A DNA stretch of 64,000 nucleotides from an uncultured Chloroflexia bacterium (GTDB lineage: Bacteria > Chloroflexota > Anaerolineae > CG2-30-64-16), in assembly GCA_963774265.1 (NCBI GenBank), contig CAVZDU010000001.1:896001-960000 (forward strand). The letters run 5' to 3'. Positions 40,545-52,222 of the stretch are shown here, piece after piece. Position numbers and translations under genes: made by a program. The notes below the pieces were generated by a model, which ran no database searches, had not been told where the DNA came from, and saw only the letters and a list, made by a program, of their open reading frames with translations. Within the stretch, counting starts at the first letter, position 1. Every line of letters starts with the position of its first letter.

Positions 40545-42377
40545 ATGGCCGTAAAAGACAAACAATCTGGTGACGAAGAGATGCTGCGTAAATTGCGCCA
40601 CTCCGCCTCGCACGTCATGGCGGAGGCGGTGTTGCAGTTGTACCCGCACGCGAAGATCGCGATCGGCCCGGCCATCGACACGGGCTTTTACTATGATTTC
40701 GACCTGGGCAAGGATGAGCAGGGGAAGCCGCGCACTTTTTCCCCCGAGGATTTGGCGGAGATCGAAAAGCGCATGCGGCAGTCCATCGCTGCCAGGCGGC
40801 CCTTTGAAAGCCGCCAGGTGTCTGCCGAAGAGGCGCGCTCGCTCTTCGGCGATCAGCCCTACAAGCTGGAGCTGATCGATGGTCTCGCCCAGGGCGGCCT
40901 TGATGAGGATGGCAACGAGATTCAGGGTCCGGTCCCGATGAGCACGTACAGGCACGGGGGCTTCGAGGATCTGTGCCGCGGCCCGCATCTCGATAACACC
41001 GGCCAGATTCCGCCCGATGCTTTCAAGCTGATGACGGTCGCAGGTGCGTACTGGCGCGGGGACGAACACAACCCCATGCTTCAGCGTATCTACGGCACCG
41101 CGTGGCGCAATAAGAACGAGCTTCAGCAGTATCTCACCATGCTGGAAGAGGCCAGGAAGCGGGACCACCGCGTCCTGGGGCAGCAACTCGGCATCTTTGT
41201 CTTCGATCAGGAGGTCGGCCCTGGCTTGCCGCTGTGGCTGCCGAATGGCGCCATCATGATCGAGGAGCTCGAAGCCCTGGCCAAGGAGGTTGAGCTGAAG
41301 GCGGGTTACAAGCGCGTGCGCACGCCGCACTTGGCCAAGGAAGACCTGTTCCTGCACAGCGGCCATCTGCCGTATTACGCGGAGAGCATGTATCCGCCCA
41401 TGGAGCTGGAGGGCGTCCGTTATTACGTCAAGCCGATGAACTGCCCCATGCATCACAAGCTCTTTGCCGCGCAACCGCACTCGTACCGCGATCTGCCCCT
41501 GCGGTATGCCGAGTATGGCACGTGCTACCGTTACGAGAAGAGCGGTGAGCTGTTCGGGCTGATGCGGGTGCGCTCCATGCAGATGAACGATGCGCACATT
41601 TACTGCTCCGAGGAGCAGTTCGAGCAGGAGTTCATGGCGGTCATCGACCTGTATCTGCTCTACTTCAAGCAGTTCGACATCGAGAAATACGTGATGCGTT
41701 TCAGCACGCACCACAAGAAGGGCCTGGGCAAGAAGTACATCGATAACGAACGGCTGTGGCTGAAGACCGAGGACATGGTGCGCCGCGCCATGACGAACGG
41801 CGGTATTCCGTTTGTGGAGCAGGCCGACGAGGCCGCCTTCTATGGACCCAAAATCGATGTGCAGGTGTGGAGCGCCATCGGAAAGGAGTTCACGCTGGGA
41901 ACGAACCAGGTGGACTTCGCGCAGCCTGCCCGGTTCGACCTGACGTTCATCAGCCAGGGCGGCGAGGAACAGACGCCACTGTGCATCCACCGCGCGCCGC
42001 TCGGCACGCATGAGCGGTTCGTCGGCTTCCTGATCGAGCATTACGCGGGCAATTTCCCCGTGTGGATCGCACCGGAGCAGGTGCGGGTGATTCCGATCAC
42101 CGATGCGCATGTGGCGTACGCAGAAGGCATCAATGCCCGGCTGGTGGAGCTGGGCGTGCGCTCTAGGGTGGACGCGGCCTCGGAGCGGATGAACGCCAAG
42201 ATTCGCAGCGCGCAGTTGATGAAGGTGCCCTACATGCTTGTCGTTGGCGATCAGGAAGCCTCGGCCAATACCGTGTCACTGCGCAAGCGGGATGGCAGCC
42301 GGCAGGACGGCATGCCGGTGGACGCGTTTGCCGCTCTAGTCACCGAGCGAATCAAGACGCGCGCCGGCGCCCTTTAG
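40545..42377 (+). CDS. thrS: Threonine--tRNA ligase
   Basis: LRHSASH, DLCRGPH, RIYGTA, KRDHR, KPMNCP, FYGPKID, IHRAPLG. Confidence 0.97.
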   Translation: MAVKDKQSGDEEMLRKLRHSASHVMAEAVLQLYPHAKIAIGPAIDTGFYYDFDLGKDEQGKPRTFSPEDLAEIEKRMRQSIAARRPFESRQVSAEEARSLFGDQPYKLELIDGLAQGGLDEDGNEIQGPVPMSTYRHGGFEDLCRGPHLDNTGQIPPDAFKLMTVAGAYWRGDEHNPMLQRIYGTAWRNKNELQQYLTMLEEARKRDHRVLGQQLGIFVFDQEVGPGLPLWLPNGAIMIEELEALAKEVELKAGYKRVRTPHLAKEDLFLHSGHLPYYAESMYPPMELEGVRYYVKPMNCPMHHKLFAAQPHSYRDLPLRYAEYGTCYRYEKSGELFGLMRVRSMQMNDAHIYCSEEQFEQEFMAVIDLYLLYFKQFDIEKYVMRFSTHHKKGLGKKYIDNERLWLKTEDMVRRAMTNGGIPFVEQADEAAFYGPKIDVQVWSAIGKEFTLGTNQVDFAQPARFDLTFISQGGEEQTPLCIHRAPLGTHERFVGFLIEHYAGNFPVWIAPEQVRVIPITDAHVAYAEGINARLVELGVRSRVDAASERMNAKIRSAQLMKVPYMLVVGDQEASANTVSLRKRDGSRQDGMPVDAFAALVTERIKTRAGAL

Positions 42378-42380
42378 GCA

Positions 42381-42438
42381 CAAGACCTCCGAGATCTCGC
42401 CGTTTGGGAGCCATCCCGCGGGGATCTCGGGGGTCTTG
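42381..42438. repeat. REP-like inverted repeat after thrS
   Basis: CAAGACCTCCGAGATCTC ... GGGATCTCGGGGGTCTTG. Confidence 0.65.
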
Positions 42439-42468
42439 ACGGAGGGGCCTCGAAAGTGCGGCCCGTTT

Positions 42469-42497
42469 TTGACACCCTCCTCTCGTTATGTTATAGT
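42469..42497 (+). promoter_or_regulatory. Sigma70 promoter of the infC operon
   Basis: TTGACA-17bp-TATAGT with extended TG. Confidence 0.8.
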
Positions 42498-42580
42498 TTC
42501 ATTTCGTCACCGCGCTACGCGGTGACGGCGCGTATTAGCCTTGGCCGGTTTTCCGGCCCCAGTTTTCGAGGTGTGTTCGT

Positions 42581-43114
42581 ATTACTACCGTAACGACAAA
42601 ATCCACTCGCGTCAATCAGCAAATTCGGGTCCGCGAAGTGCGGGTCGTCGACGAGGAGGGTAACCAACTCGGGATTTACGCGATTCAGGACGCACTCCGG
42701 TTGGCGTTCGACAAGGGCCTGGACCTGGTCGAGGTTGCGCCCAACGCTGTGCCGCCCGTCTGCCGTTTGCTGGACTTCGGTAAGTTCCAGTTTGACAAGC
42801 AGAAGAAGGACCGCGAGGCGCGCAAGGCGCAGAAGATCATCGAGATGAAAGAGATCCGTCTGCGACCGCGGACGGGTGAGCACGATCTCGACACCAAGGT
42901 GCGCCAAGCGCTGTCTTTTCTCGACGAAGGCAGTAAGGTGAAGGTCACCGTTCGCTTCCGCGGACGTGAGATCACGCATCCTGAGATTGCGCGCGAGCAG
43001 TTGGATGAGTTTGCCACGAAAGTGGGGGCGGCCGCGATCATCGAGGCGCAACCGCTGCTGGAAGGCAAGAATTTGTTTATGATGCTTGGGCCGAACCCTG
43101 CTAATAAGAAGTAG
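42581..43114 (+). CDS. infC: Translation initiation factor IF-3 (ATT start codon)
   Basis: In-frame ATT behind GAGGTG; RVNQQIRVREVRVV, DLVEVAP, FRGRE. Confidence 0.93.
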   Translation: MTTVTTKSTRVNQQIRVREVRVVDEEGNQLGIYAIQDALRLAFDKGLDLVEVAPNAVPPVCRLLDFGKFQFDKQKKDREARKAQKIIEMKEIRLRPRTGEHDLDTKVRQALSFLDEGSKVKVTVRFRGREITHPEIAREQLDEFATKVGAAAIIEAQPLLEGKNLFMMLGPNPANKK

Positions 43115-43134
43115 CCCGGGCACGTTTTTGGAGG

Positions 43135-43344
43135 ATGGCTGTGCCGAAGATCAAGACCCATAAGTCCACCGCGAAGCGGTTTCGCCGCACTGGAACCGGC
43201 AAGCTGGTTGCTATGCACCAGGGCCGCGGCCACCTGCGACGCCACAAGTCCCCACGCACGCTGCGCAAGTACCGCGTGACCAAGGTCGTGGAAGCGAACT
43301 CGGCCGACGCGCGCGTCACCAAGCTGGCGCCGTACATCGACTGA
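43135..43344 (+). CDS. rpmI: 50S ribosomal protein L35
   Basis: PKIKTHKSTAKRF; operon position. Confidence 0.93.
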   Translation: MAVPKIKTHKSTAKRFRRTGTGKLVAMHQGRGHLRRHKSPRTLRKYRVTKVVEANSADARVTKLAPYID

Positions 43345-43437
43345 GTCATCATCAGCGCGTCCCATTCGTTACGAGGGACGCCGATGGCCATTACAAAGTG
43401 CCGGTAAAGCCCGGCCGCCATTAAGAGGGAGAAATAA

Positions 43438-43794
43438 ATGCCTCGAGCCAGGGGTGGAGTTGTTCTCCGCCGACGTCACAACAAAATTCTGAAGATGACC
43501 AAGGGACAGCGCATGTCGCGCCACCTGCTCTGGCATCGCGCAAACGAAGCCATGCTCAAGTCCCTGTTCTACGCCACCCGCGACCGCCGCGCCAAGAAGC
43601 GTGATATCCGCCGGCTGTGGATCGCACGCATTAACGCCGCGGCCCGGCTGAACGGCATCACTTACAGCCGGCTGCAGCATGCGCTCAAGGTGGCTAACAT
43701 CGAACTGGATCGCAAGATCCTGGCTGAGCTGGCCGTGCGGGATCCTCAGGCTTTTGCCCGAGTGGTCGAGGTCGCCAAGTCCGCCGTGGCTTGA
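43438..43794 (+). CDS. rplT: 50S ribosomal protein L20
   Basis: [21 protein letters not shown]. Confidence 0.96.
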   Translation: MPRARGGVVLRRRHNKILKMTKGQRMSRHLLWHRANEAMLKSLFYATRDRRAKKRDIRRLWIARINAAARLNGITYSRLQHALKVANIELDRKILAELAVRDPQAFARVVEVAKSAVA

Positions 43795-43819
43795 TGCCAT
43801 CACACCACTGGAGCCGTGC

Positions 43820-44611
43820 ATGATCACGAGCCCAGATAACCCCAAAGTCAAGCAGGCCCGGGCGCTTCTAGAGCCGAAGGGCCGCCGTGAACAGGGGCGC
43901 TGCCTGATAGAGGGCGTGCGGCTGATCGAAGAAGCCATGAGAGCGGGGCATTCCCCCGCTCTCGTTTTTTTTACCGGTCAGGCGCGACAAAACCTGCGCG
44001 CAGCGGAGTTGCTGCGCGCAGTTGAATTGGCGGGCGCGCCGCTTGACGAGTTGAGCCCACCAGTTTTTGGAACTCTCAGCGACACCGTTGTGTCCCAGGG
44101 GGTGATCGCGGTCCTGCCCATGCCGCAGGTGATGACACCTGGGGCGATGGGGCTTGTTTTGGTGCTGGATCAAATCCGCGATCCGGGGAACCTGGGAACG
44201 ATCTTGCGCGGGAGCGAAGCCGCCGGCGTCTCTCAGGTTGTCCTCACGCCCGGATGCGTCGATCCCTGGAACCCAAAGGTGGTTCGGAGCGGCATGGGCG
44301 CCCATTTCCGGCTGCCGCTCATCGCCGCAGATAGTTGGGCGGCAGTAGCCGACCTGGTTAAAGGGCGGTCCGTCTGGCTGGCCGATGCGCGCGGCGCGAT
44401 GCCGTATGACGAGGTGGACTGGACCACCCCGTGCGCGCTGGTGATCGGCGGCGAGGCTGCGGGACTGAGCGTCGAGGCACAGCAATTGGGCACAGGCAGC
44501 GTGATGATTCCCATGGCCGGGCCCGTCGAGTCACTGAATGCAGCGATGGCCGCTACCATCCTGGTTTTTGAGGCTGCGCGCCAGCGTCGCCACGCACGAA
44601 ACCTCCGCTGA
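43820..44611 (+). CDS. TrmH/SpoU-family RNA methyltransferase
   Basis: DPGNLGTILR, IGGEAAG, IPMAGPVESLNAA. Confidence 0.9.
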   Translation: MITSPDNPKVKQARALLEPKGRREQGRCLIEGVRLIEEAMRAGHSPALVFFTGQARQNLRAAELLRAVELAGAPLDELSPPVFGTLSDTVVSQGVIAVLPMPQVMTPGAMGLVLVLDQIRDPGNLGTILRGSEAAGVSQVVLTPGCVDPWNPKVVRSGMGAHFRLPLIAADSWAAVADLVKGRSVWLADARGAMPYDEVDWTTPCALVIGGEAAGLSVEAQQLGTGSVMIPMAGPVESLNAAMAATILVFEAARQRRHARNLR

Positions 44612-44613
44612 GG

Positions 44614-46153
44614 CTTGCGGTACCCCACTTTGTAATGCCAGCTAGTTGAATAGATCGACAGCTTCGGGCATCTTGTGTTATTCCACAAACCCAAGTATCC
44701 GGAGCTGTCGATGACCTTAACATATGCTGATGTATTGACATTTGTCCAGCATCTCACACCCACGTGGGTCAAGCCGCAGCAGAGCATGCTGGCGCAGATC
44801 GTGAGTGCGTTGACGGAACGTCCGAGCTTCTGTGCGACCGAGGTGGCGCGTGCGCTGCCCGACGGACCGCGTGCGCAGGGCCGCCAGTCGTTGCATGGTC
44901 GGCTCAAACGGCTGAACCGCTTTCTGAGCAATCCACGCCTGGATGAGCCCGAGATCTTCTATCGGTGGTACCGCTTAGCCGTCCACTTTAGCACCGCGGT
45001 GCCGACGGACCCGCAACTATTGCCCGTCTTACTCGACACGACGTATTTCGAGCCCTTTGCGGCCCTGATTGCCAGCGTGCCCTGTGGCGGCCGCGCCTTG
45101 CCCATCGTGTTCACCACCTATCATCGCCGCCAACTCCGGGCCTGTTTCCCCCCGGCCGCCCGCTGGCCCACGCCCGATACGACCAGCATCCGGCCCGCAC
45201 GACAGCAGCACCAACCGCTGCAAGCGGCGAGCGCCGAGGTGCACCACTGGACCAGTCAAAACCACATCGAGGAACAACTGCTCCATTACCTGTGGTCCTT
45301 GACCACCCCCAGCCAGCAAATCGTGATCGTGGCGGATCGCGGGTTTGCGCGCGCCAGTCTTTTCCGCTGGTTTCTGACCCACCAGCGCCAGTTTGTGATT
45401 CGGTTCGACGGCGAAACCTGGCTGCACCTGCCCGACGGGACGGCCGGCGCGGCCAAGGACGTGTTGGCCCTGCAACCCGGCCAACGGCGCTGGCTGCCGC
45501 AGGCCCAGTACGGCAAAGACGACCAAGTGCCCGTGGCGGTCCTGGCGCTCTGGGAAGTCGGTCACAAGGAACCCTGGTATCTGGCTACCAATCTACCGTC
45601 TGAACCCGCCACCGAAACCTGTTATCGCTGGCGTATGCGCATTGAAGCCGGTAACCGCGACGACAAATCCGGCGTCATGCTCCGCGAAAGCGGCGATGAA
45701 CACCGCCTTAAGTCACCCTTACACGTGCACCGCTTGCTCCTGGCCAACCTGTGCCTGCACTGGCTCGCCGCACTCACGGGCCTCCAGGCCCATCATGACT
45801 TGGCGCAACCGCACGCGATCGCCCCCGCCCTCGAAGCGGCACCCCCGGATACACCGGATGCCGACTTGCTGGCCCATGGCCCCGCCCAGCCGCCCCCAGT
45901 CATCCCCCATCGCGGCCCACAACCCCACCTCCCCCACTGGATGCGCCGCTTTGCCGCACGCGGCTGGCTCAGCTATGTGCGCCTCGGCCTCGAAATCCTG
46001 CGCGCCCCCGCCTGGTCGACACTCGTCCGCCGCGCCGTCCACTGGCTCGGCGTCTATCTCTGGACCACAACCCCGCTCTGGCGCCCATGGCAGCGTCGCT
46101 ACCGCCTCAAACACTGGTGGCCCCTACCAAGCTAGAAAGTGGGGTACCGCAAG
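44614..46153 (+). mobile_element. IS4-family insertion sequence, 1540 bp
   Basis: 18-bp perfect terminal inverted repeat CTTGCGGTACCCCACTTT; 9-bp target duplication CCGCTGAGG (44605-44613 and 46154-46162). Confidence 0.93.
44711..46135 (+). CDS. IS4-family DDE transposase
   Basis: LLDTT, VADRGF, EPWYLATN and the Y-2-R-3-E-6-K motif (YRWRMRIEAGNRDDK); start uncertain (44675 or 44711). Confidence 0.88.
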   Translation: MTLTYADVLTFVQHLTPTWVKPQQSMLAQIVSALTERPSFCATEVARALPDGPRAQGRQSLHGRLKRLNRFLSNPRLDEPEIFYRWYRLAVHFSTAVPTDPQLLPVLLDTTYFEPFAALIASVPCGGRALPIVFTTYHRRQLRACFPPAARWPTPDTTSIRPARQQHQPLQAASAEVHHWTSQNHIEEQLLHYLWSLTTPSQQIVIVADRGFARASLFRWFLTHQRQFVIRFDGETWLHLPDGTAGAAKDVLALQPGQRRWLPQAQYGKDDQVPVAVLALWEVGHKEPWYLATNLPSEPATETCYRWRMRIEAGNRDDKSGVMLRESGDEHRLKSPLHVHRLLLANLCLHWLAALTGLQAHHDLAQPHAIAPALEAAPPDTPDADLLAHGPAQPPPVIPHRGPQPHLPHWMRRFAARGWLSYVRLGLEILRAPAWSTLVRRAVHWLGVYLWTTTPLWRPWQRRYRLKHWWPLPS

Positions 46154-46294
46154 CCGCTGAGGCTATTGCAAATAGCGTGAAATCCGTGTATGATCATGTG
46201 GCAGACCGCACAACTGCTGGAAGGAGGGAGGAACACACGCGTCGGATCTGACTTGTGATGATGAGCGTTCAACTTAATAGAAAGGTTTGCCCAG

Positions 46295-47356
46295 ATGACT
46301 GCCGAGATTATCTTTCGTGTGCTCGGACTGATTCTTTTTGGAATTATCGGTTGGCTGGCAGGTACAGTGTGGGCAGGAACATCAACCCTTAATATCATCT
46401 CGGTGCGATATATCCTGCCTCTCTCCGTCGCCGGTGCAGTGATCGGCGCCATTATCGCCCCTTGGCTGACGACGCGGCCTGCAGCGTGGGCACGGCGCGT
46501 CATCAACGAATTGACCGCTGCGCAATTGCTATCAGGTGGCATCGGCCTGGTGATCGGGCTGGTAATTGCTGCGCTGTTAGCCATCCCTCTTTCGTATCTC
46601 CCGCCGCCGTTTAGCGCCATCTTGCCTACAGTGGTCGCCATTATCTTCGGATATCTTGGCATCACGGTGATGGTACTGCGGCAGCGCGAGATTTTCGCGC
46701 TCTTTCGACGCAAGAATGCTGGCGAAGCAGAGGTTGCCGCTGAGGGTGACCACGGCGTAAAGGAAGAAACGCTTCTGCTGGATACGAGCGTTATCATCGA
46801 TGGCCGGATCGCCGACGTGGCCCACACGGGGTTCATCCGTTCGACGCTGCTCGTGCCACGTTTTGTTCTTGCCGAGCTGCAGTATATTGCTGATTCACCC
46901 GACTCGTTGCGAAGGAACCGGGGCCGACGCGGGCTGGAGATGCTCAACCGGATGCAGAAGGATTCGCCGGTGCCGATCCGTATCGTCGACCTGGATGTGG
47001 ACGGGGTGCGCCAGGTGGACGCTAAACTGGTGCAGCTTGGCCGGCAGCTCAATGCACCGATTGTCACGAACGACTACAACCTGAATCGCGTGGCAGCCTT
47101 GCAAGGCGTGCAAGTGCTCAATATTAACGAGCTGAGTAATGCGGTTAAGTCGATCGTGCTTCCGGGTGAGAATATGACCGTTCGCGTCATCCAGGAAGGC
47201 AAGGAAGTCGGCCAGGGGATCGCCTATCTTGACGATGGCACGATGGTGGTGATCGAGAACGGCCGGCGCTACATGGACGCCGATCTTGACGTCACGGTCA
47301 CGAAGGTGCTCCAGACCAATGCCGGACGCATGATTTTTGCCGCGCCGAACCGTTGA
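46295..47356 (+). CDS. PIN/TRAM domain membrane protein (YacL-like)
   Basis: LDTSVIIDGRI, RGRRGL, TNDYNLN, YLDDGTMVV. Confidence 0.92.
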   Translation: MTAEIIFRVLGLILFGIIGWLAGTVWAGTSTLNIISVRYILPLSVAGAVIGAIIAPWLTTRPAAWARRVINELTAAQLLSGGIGLVIGLVIAALLAIPLSYLPPPFSAILPTVVAIIFGYLGITVMVLRQREIFALFRRKNAGEAEVAAEGDHGVKEETLLLDTSVIIDGRIADVAHTGFIRSTLLVPRFVLAELQYIADSPDSLRRNRGRRGLEMLNRMQKDSPVPIRIVDLDVDGVRQVDAKLVQLGRQLNAPIVTNDYNLNRVAALQGVQVLNINELSNAVKSIVLPGENMTVRVIQEGKEVGQGIAYLDDGTMVVIENGRRYMDADLDVTVTKVLQTNAGRMIFAAPNR

Positions 47357-47363
47357 GGCGATC

Positions 47364-48026
47364 GTGATCGTAACGTTGTCACGCCAGCTTGGGAGCGAGG
47401 GAGAGGCGATTGCCGCGCGCGTCGCCACGGCACTGGGGCTGGAACTGATCGATCGGGACTTTGTCCACACCGCGGCCCTGGCGGTGGGCATCAGCGACGA
47501 TTTGTTGCGCCGCCTGATGTACGAGGGGCAGCGCACGGTGGCAAGCGAGATCCTGCAGTCGCTGGGCACCCCGCGCGCACCGACCGCATCTGCGGTCTCA
47601 GCCTCCAGCCCCTTGCTCGGCGTGTTTGCGCCCATGGCATCCGAGGCAGCCACCAACTTGGAGGATGCCGCAAAGGCCGTGGGCCAGGTCATCAAGAAGA
47701 TCGCAGCCCGGGACGGTGTGCTCATCCTGGGCCAAGGGGGGCGGTCCTTGCTTCAGGCGGAGCGGCACGTCTGCCACGTGCTCGTTCTGGCGCCAGTCGA
47801 GGTGAGAGTGGCGCGTGTTGCTCAAAGCGAAGGCCTCACGCTCGTCGCGGCGCGGCGCAGAGTGCGGATGAGCGACGCAGCCCGGAGCGATTATCTGGCC
47901 CGGTACCATAACAGCCGCTGGATAGACCCGCTACTATATCATCTGGTCGTCAATACGGGCGTTACGCCTCCCGAAGGCGCGGCGTCTTTGATCGTTAAGG
48001 CCGCGAAGATCATGGCGTCAGCCTGA
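47364..48026 (+). CDS. Cytidylate kinase-like family protein
   Basis: VTLSRQLGSEG..IA..YHLVVNT. Confidence 0.8.
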   Translation: MIVTLSRQLGSEGEAIAARVATALGLELIDRDFVHTAALAVGISDDLLRRLMYEGQRTVASEILQSLGTPRAPTASAVSASSPLLGVFAPMASEAATNLEDAAKAVGQVIKKIAARDGVLILGQGGRSLLQAERHVCHVLVLAPVEVRVARVAQSEGLTLVAARRRVRMSDAARSDYLARYHNSRWIDPLLYHLVVNTGVTPPEGAASLIVKAAKIMASA

Positions 48027-48055
48027 TCGGCTTTCACCTTGTGGAGTGAGAAGGC

Positions 48056-49464
48056 ATGTCACTCGTTGTATACAACACCCTGACACGCACGACAGAGCCG
48101 TTTGAAACGCTTGAACCGGGAAGGTCCGCATGTACGTCTGCGGGCCAACCGTCTACGCCGACGCGCACGTCGGCCACGCCATGTCGTCCATCGTGTTCGA
48201 CTTCATCCGCCGCTACCTGGCAGTACAAGGGCTATGATGTGCGCCACGTCATGAACTTCACCGATGTGGACGACAAGATCATCGCCCGCGCGGCCAAGAG
48301 CGGCGAAGACCCGGCAGTGATCGCCAGCCGCTACGCCGAGAAGTACCAGGAGCAGTTGGAGCAGCTGAACGTGCTTGCGGCCGACCGTCTTCCCGCGTGT
48401 CTCGCAGACGATCCCGGAGATCATCCAGATGTGATCCAGGGCCTGATCGAGAAGGGCATGCCTATGTCGACGCCGGGCGGCGATGTCTATTTCCGCGTGC
48501 GTTCCGATCCCGGACTACGGCAAGCTCTCGCGACGGCGGCTGGAGGAGGCGGTTTCAGGCACGCGGGTGACGGCCAGCGGAGGAAAAGCGAGACGAAGGC
48601 GACTTCGCCCTGTGGAAGGCGGCCAAGCCGGGCGAGCCGAGCTGGGACAGCCCGTGGGGCAAGGGCCGGCCGGGCTGGCACATCGAATGCTCGGCCATGA
48701 ACCTGCGCCTACCTGGGCGAGCAGATCGACATCCACGGCGGCGGCAACGACCTGATCTTCCCGCACCACGAGAACGAGATCGCCCAGACCGAGATCTTCA
48801 CCGGCAAGCCGTTTGCCCGCTACTGGATGCACAACGGCATGCTGCAGCTCAAGGGCGAGAAGATGTCCAAGAGCCTGGGCAACCTGGTCACGATCGACGA
48901 TTTCCTGGCCGAGCACGACGCCGACGTGTTGCGGCTGGTCATCGCCGGCAGCGGCTATCGCAAGCCGCTCGTCTTCAACGACGACGTGATCGCCGACGGC
49001 GAGCGCGCGCTGGAGCGGCTGCGTTCGGCGCTGCGCCCGCCGACCGGCCAGGTGACGCGACGGACCGGCGGTCGATGCGCTGGCTGAACAGGTGCGCAGG
49101 GCGCCGCGCGGCCTTCGAAGCCGCGATGGACGACGACTTCAACACCGCCGGCGGCCTGGCGGCGCTCTTCGACCTGGTGCGCGCCATCAACGCGGCGCGC
49201 GATGCCGGGGTCGGCGGCGAGCCGTTTGCCGATGCCCAGGCGACCTTCCGCGCGCTGATCGATGTGCTGGGGCTGCGCCTGGAGACGCCGAGGTCGGACG
49301 GCCAGTCGATCGCACCGTTCGTCGAGTTGCTGTTGACCGTGCGCCAGGATCTGCGCAAGGCCAAGCAGTGGGCGCTGTCCGACAAGATCCGCGACGAGCT
49401 GAAGGCGTTGGGCGTGGTCGTGGAGGATTCAGCGCAGGGCAGCACCTGGCGGCTGGTTAGGTGA
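48056..49464 (+). CDS. cysS: Cysteine--tRNA ligase (several apparent frameshifts)
   Basis: [45 protein letters not shown] and MDDDFNT across frames. Confidence 0.92.
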
Positions 49465-49477
49465 AGGTGTGACCGCG

Positions 49478-50400
49478 TGGCACTGAGAAGCGAACGACTC
49501 CCAGAACTCGGATCGTCCGCGGCGTGAGCCTGCACGACTCGACCGGGGCGGTGCACCGGCCGCAAGCCGGTCGAGCAGCCCTCGACCGGTCGCCCAGCGC
49601 CGACCGAGAACGCCGCGAGCCGGCGCGGCCGATCGCCGAAGGACGCCTGATCGTCGGCCACGGCGAGGTCGATCGGCCGCCATGCTGTCCTCGAAGCCTG
49701 CGGCGGGCCGGCGCCATCGGCGCATTGTCTGGCCGAAGGCACCGAACGGTCGCCCATCCTCGCCGAGATCATGGCCGCAGCGCGTCGGTGGGCTGTGCGC
49801 TGGTCGAGGCGCCGCGGCAGCGGCTGGACGATGCAGTCCGGCGAACCACCAGGGCGTGATCGCCGAGGCCGGGCATATCCGTACGCCGATCTGGACTCTG
49901 CTGCTGACTGCGACCGGTGACAGCGCTTTACCTGGTGCTGGATCACCTGCAGGACGTGCAGAACCTGGGCACGCTGCTTGCGCACGGCTGAGGCGATGGC
50001 GGTGACCGGGGTGCTTCTGCCCGACCGCCGGTCGGCGGCGGTCACGCCGGCCGTCGTGAACGCGTCGGCGGGCGCGGTCGAGCACCTGCGCGATCGCGCT
50101 GGTCGGCAATCTGGTGCAGGCGCTGGAACGTGCTGAAGGAAGCCGGCGTCTGGGTGGTGGGCCTGGACGCCGCGCCCGAGGCCGTGCCGCTGGCCAAGGC
50201 CGATCTGACGGGTCCGCTGGCGCTGGTGGTCGGCGCCGAGGGCGCGGGTCTGACCCGGCTGGTGCGCGAGCATTGCGACTGGCTGCTGGCGATCCCGATG
50301 TACGGCAAGGTCGCGTCGCTCAACGCCGCGGTGGCGGGCTCGGTCGTGCTGGTGGCCGCTCGGCAGGCGCGGTCAGGCGCCGCGTCAGGCGCCGACGTGA
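49478..50400 (+). CDS. rlmB: 23S rRNA (Gm2251) methyltransferase RlmB-like (many frameshifts; ends approximate)
   Basis: [38 protein letters not shown]; typical position after cysS. Confidence 0.78.
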
Positions 50401-50534
50401 AGCGCTCGACAGGTTTGCGCGCGAATGGGGCTGCATATTTGACTTTTGACGCCTGCGCGGCATATACTGGCACTTCGCAGCGCCGGATGCAGAGCTTTGT
50501 CTGGCGACAGCGTTGCTGTCTGATGCGAGCCTGT

Positions 50535-50607
50535 GCCGACGTAGCTCAATCGGCAGAGCATCGACCTTGTAAGTCGAGGGTTGCCGGTTCGATTCCGGCC
50601 GTCGGCT
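50535..50607 (+). tRNA. tRNA-Thr(TGT)
   Basis: Anticodon stem TCGAC-CTTGTAA-GTCGA; GGTTCGATT T-arm. Confidence 0.93.
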
Positions 50608-50642
50608 TGCGGGACGACACTCCGGGTGCTTGACATTCGATC

Positions 50643-50724
50643 GGGCAGGTACCCAAGTGGCCAAAGGGGGCTGACTGTAAATCAGCTGGCAACGCCTTCG
50701 GAGGTTCGAATCCTTCTCTGCCCA
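50643..50724 (+). tRNA. tRNA-Tyr(GTA)
   Basis: CTGA-CTGTAAA-TCAG anticodon arm; long variable arm. Confidence 0.93.
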
Positions 50725-50764
50725 CTGAGCGATTGCAGACGTTCGATCTGTAATTCAATCGGCT

Positions 50765-50840
50765 GCCCACGTAGCTCAGTCGGTAGAGCACGTTCTTGGT
50801 AAGAACGGGGTCATCGGTTCAAATCCGATCGTGGGCTCCA
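50765..50840 (+). tRNA. tRNA-Thr(GGT)
   Basis: GTTC-TTGGTAA-GAAC anticodon arm; encoded CCA. Confidence 0.93.
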
Positions 50841-50946
50841 TCGAGTTGTCATCACTGTATCGCCGCCGCTTCCTTCGCCATGAGCTCGAGGGATCGGGCG
50901 GCGACTTAACGCCCAAAGGCTACGTGCAAGCAGGAGGTTACCATCC

Positions 50947-52151
<1,205 letters not shown>

Positions 52152-52222
52152 TTGAAGGTCACAGGTTGAAGGCTGGAGGTCGCGACCTTCGACCTTCAAC
52201 TTGCACCTGTAACGAGGTAAAC

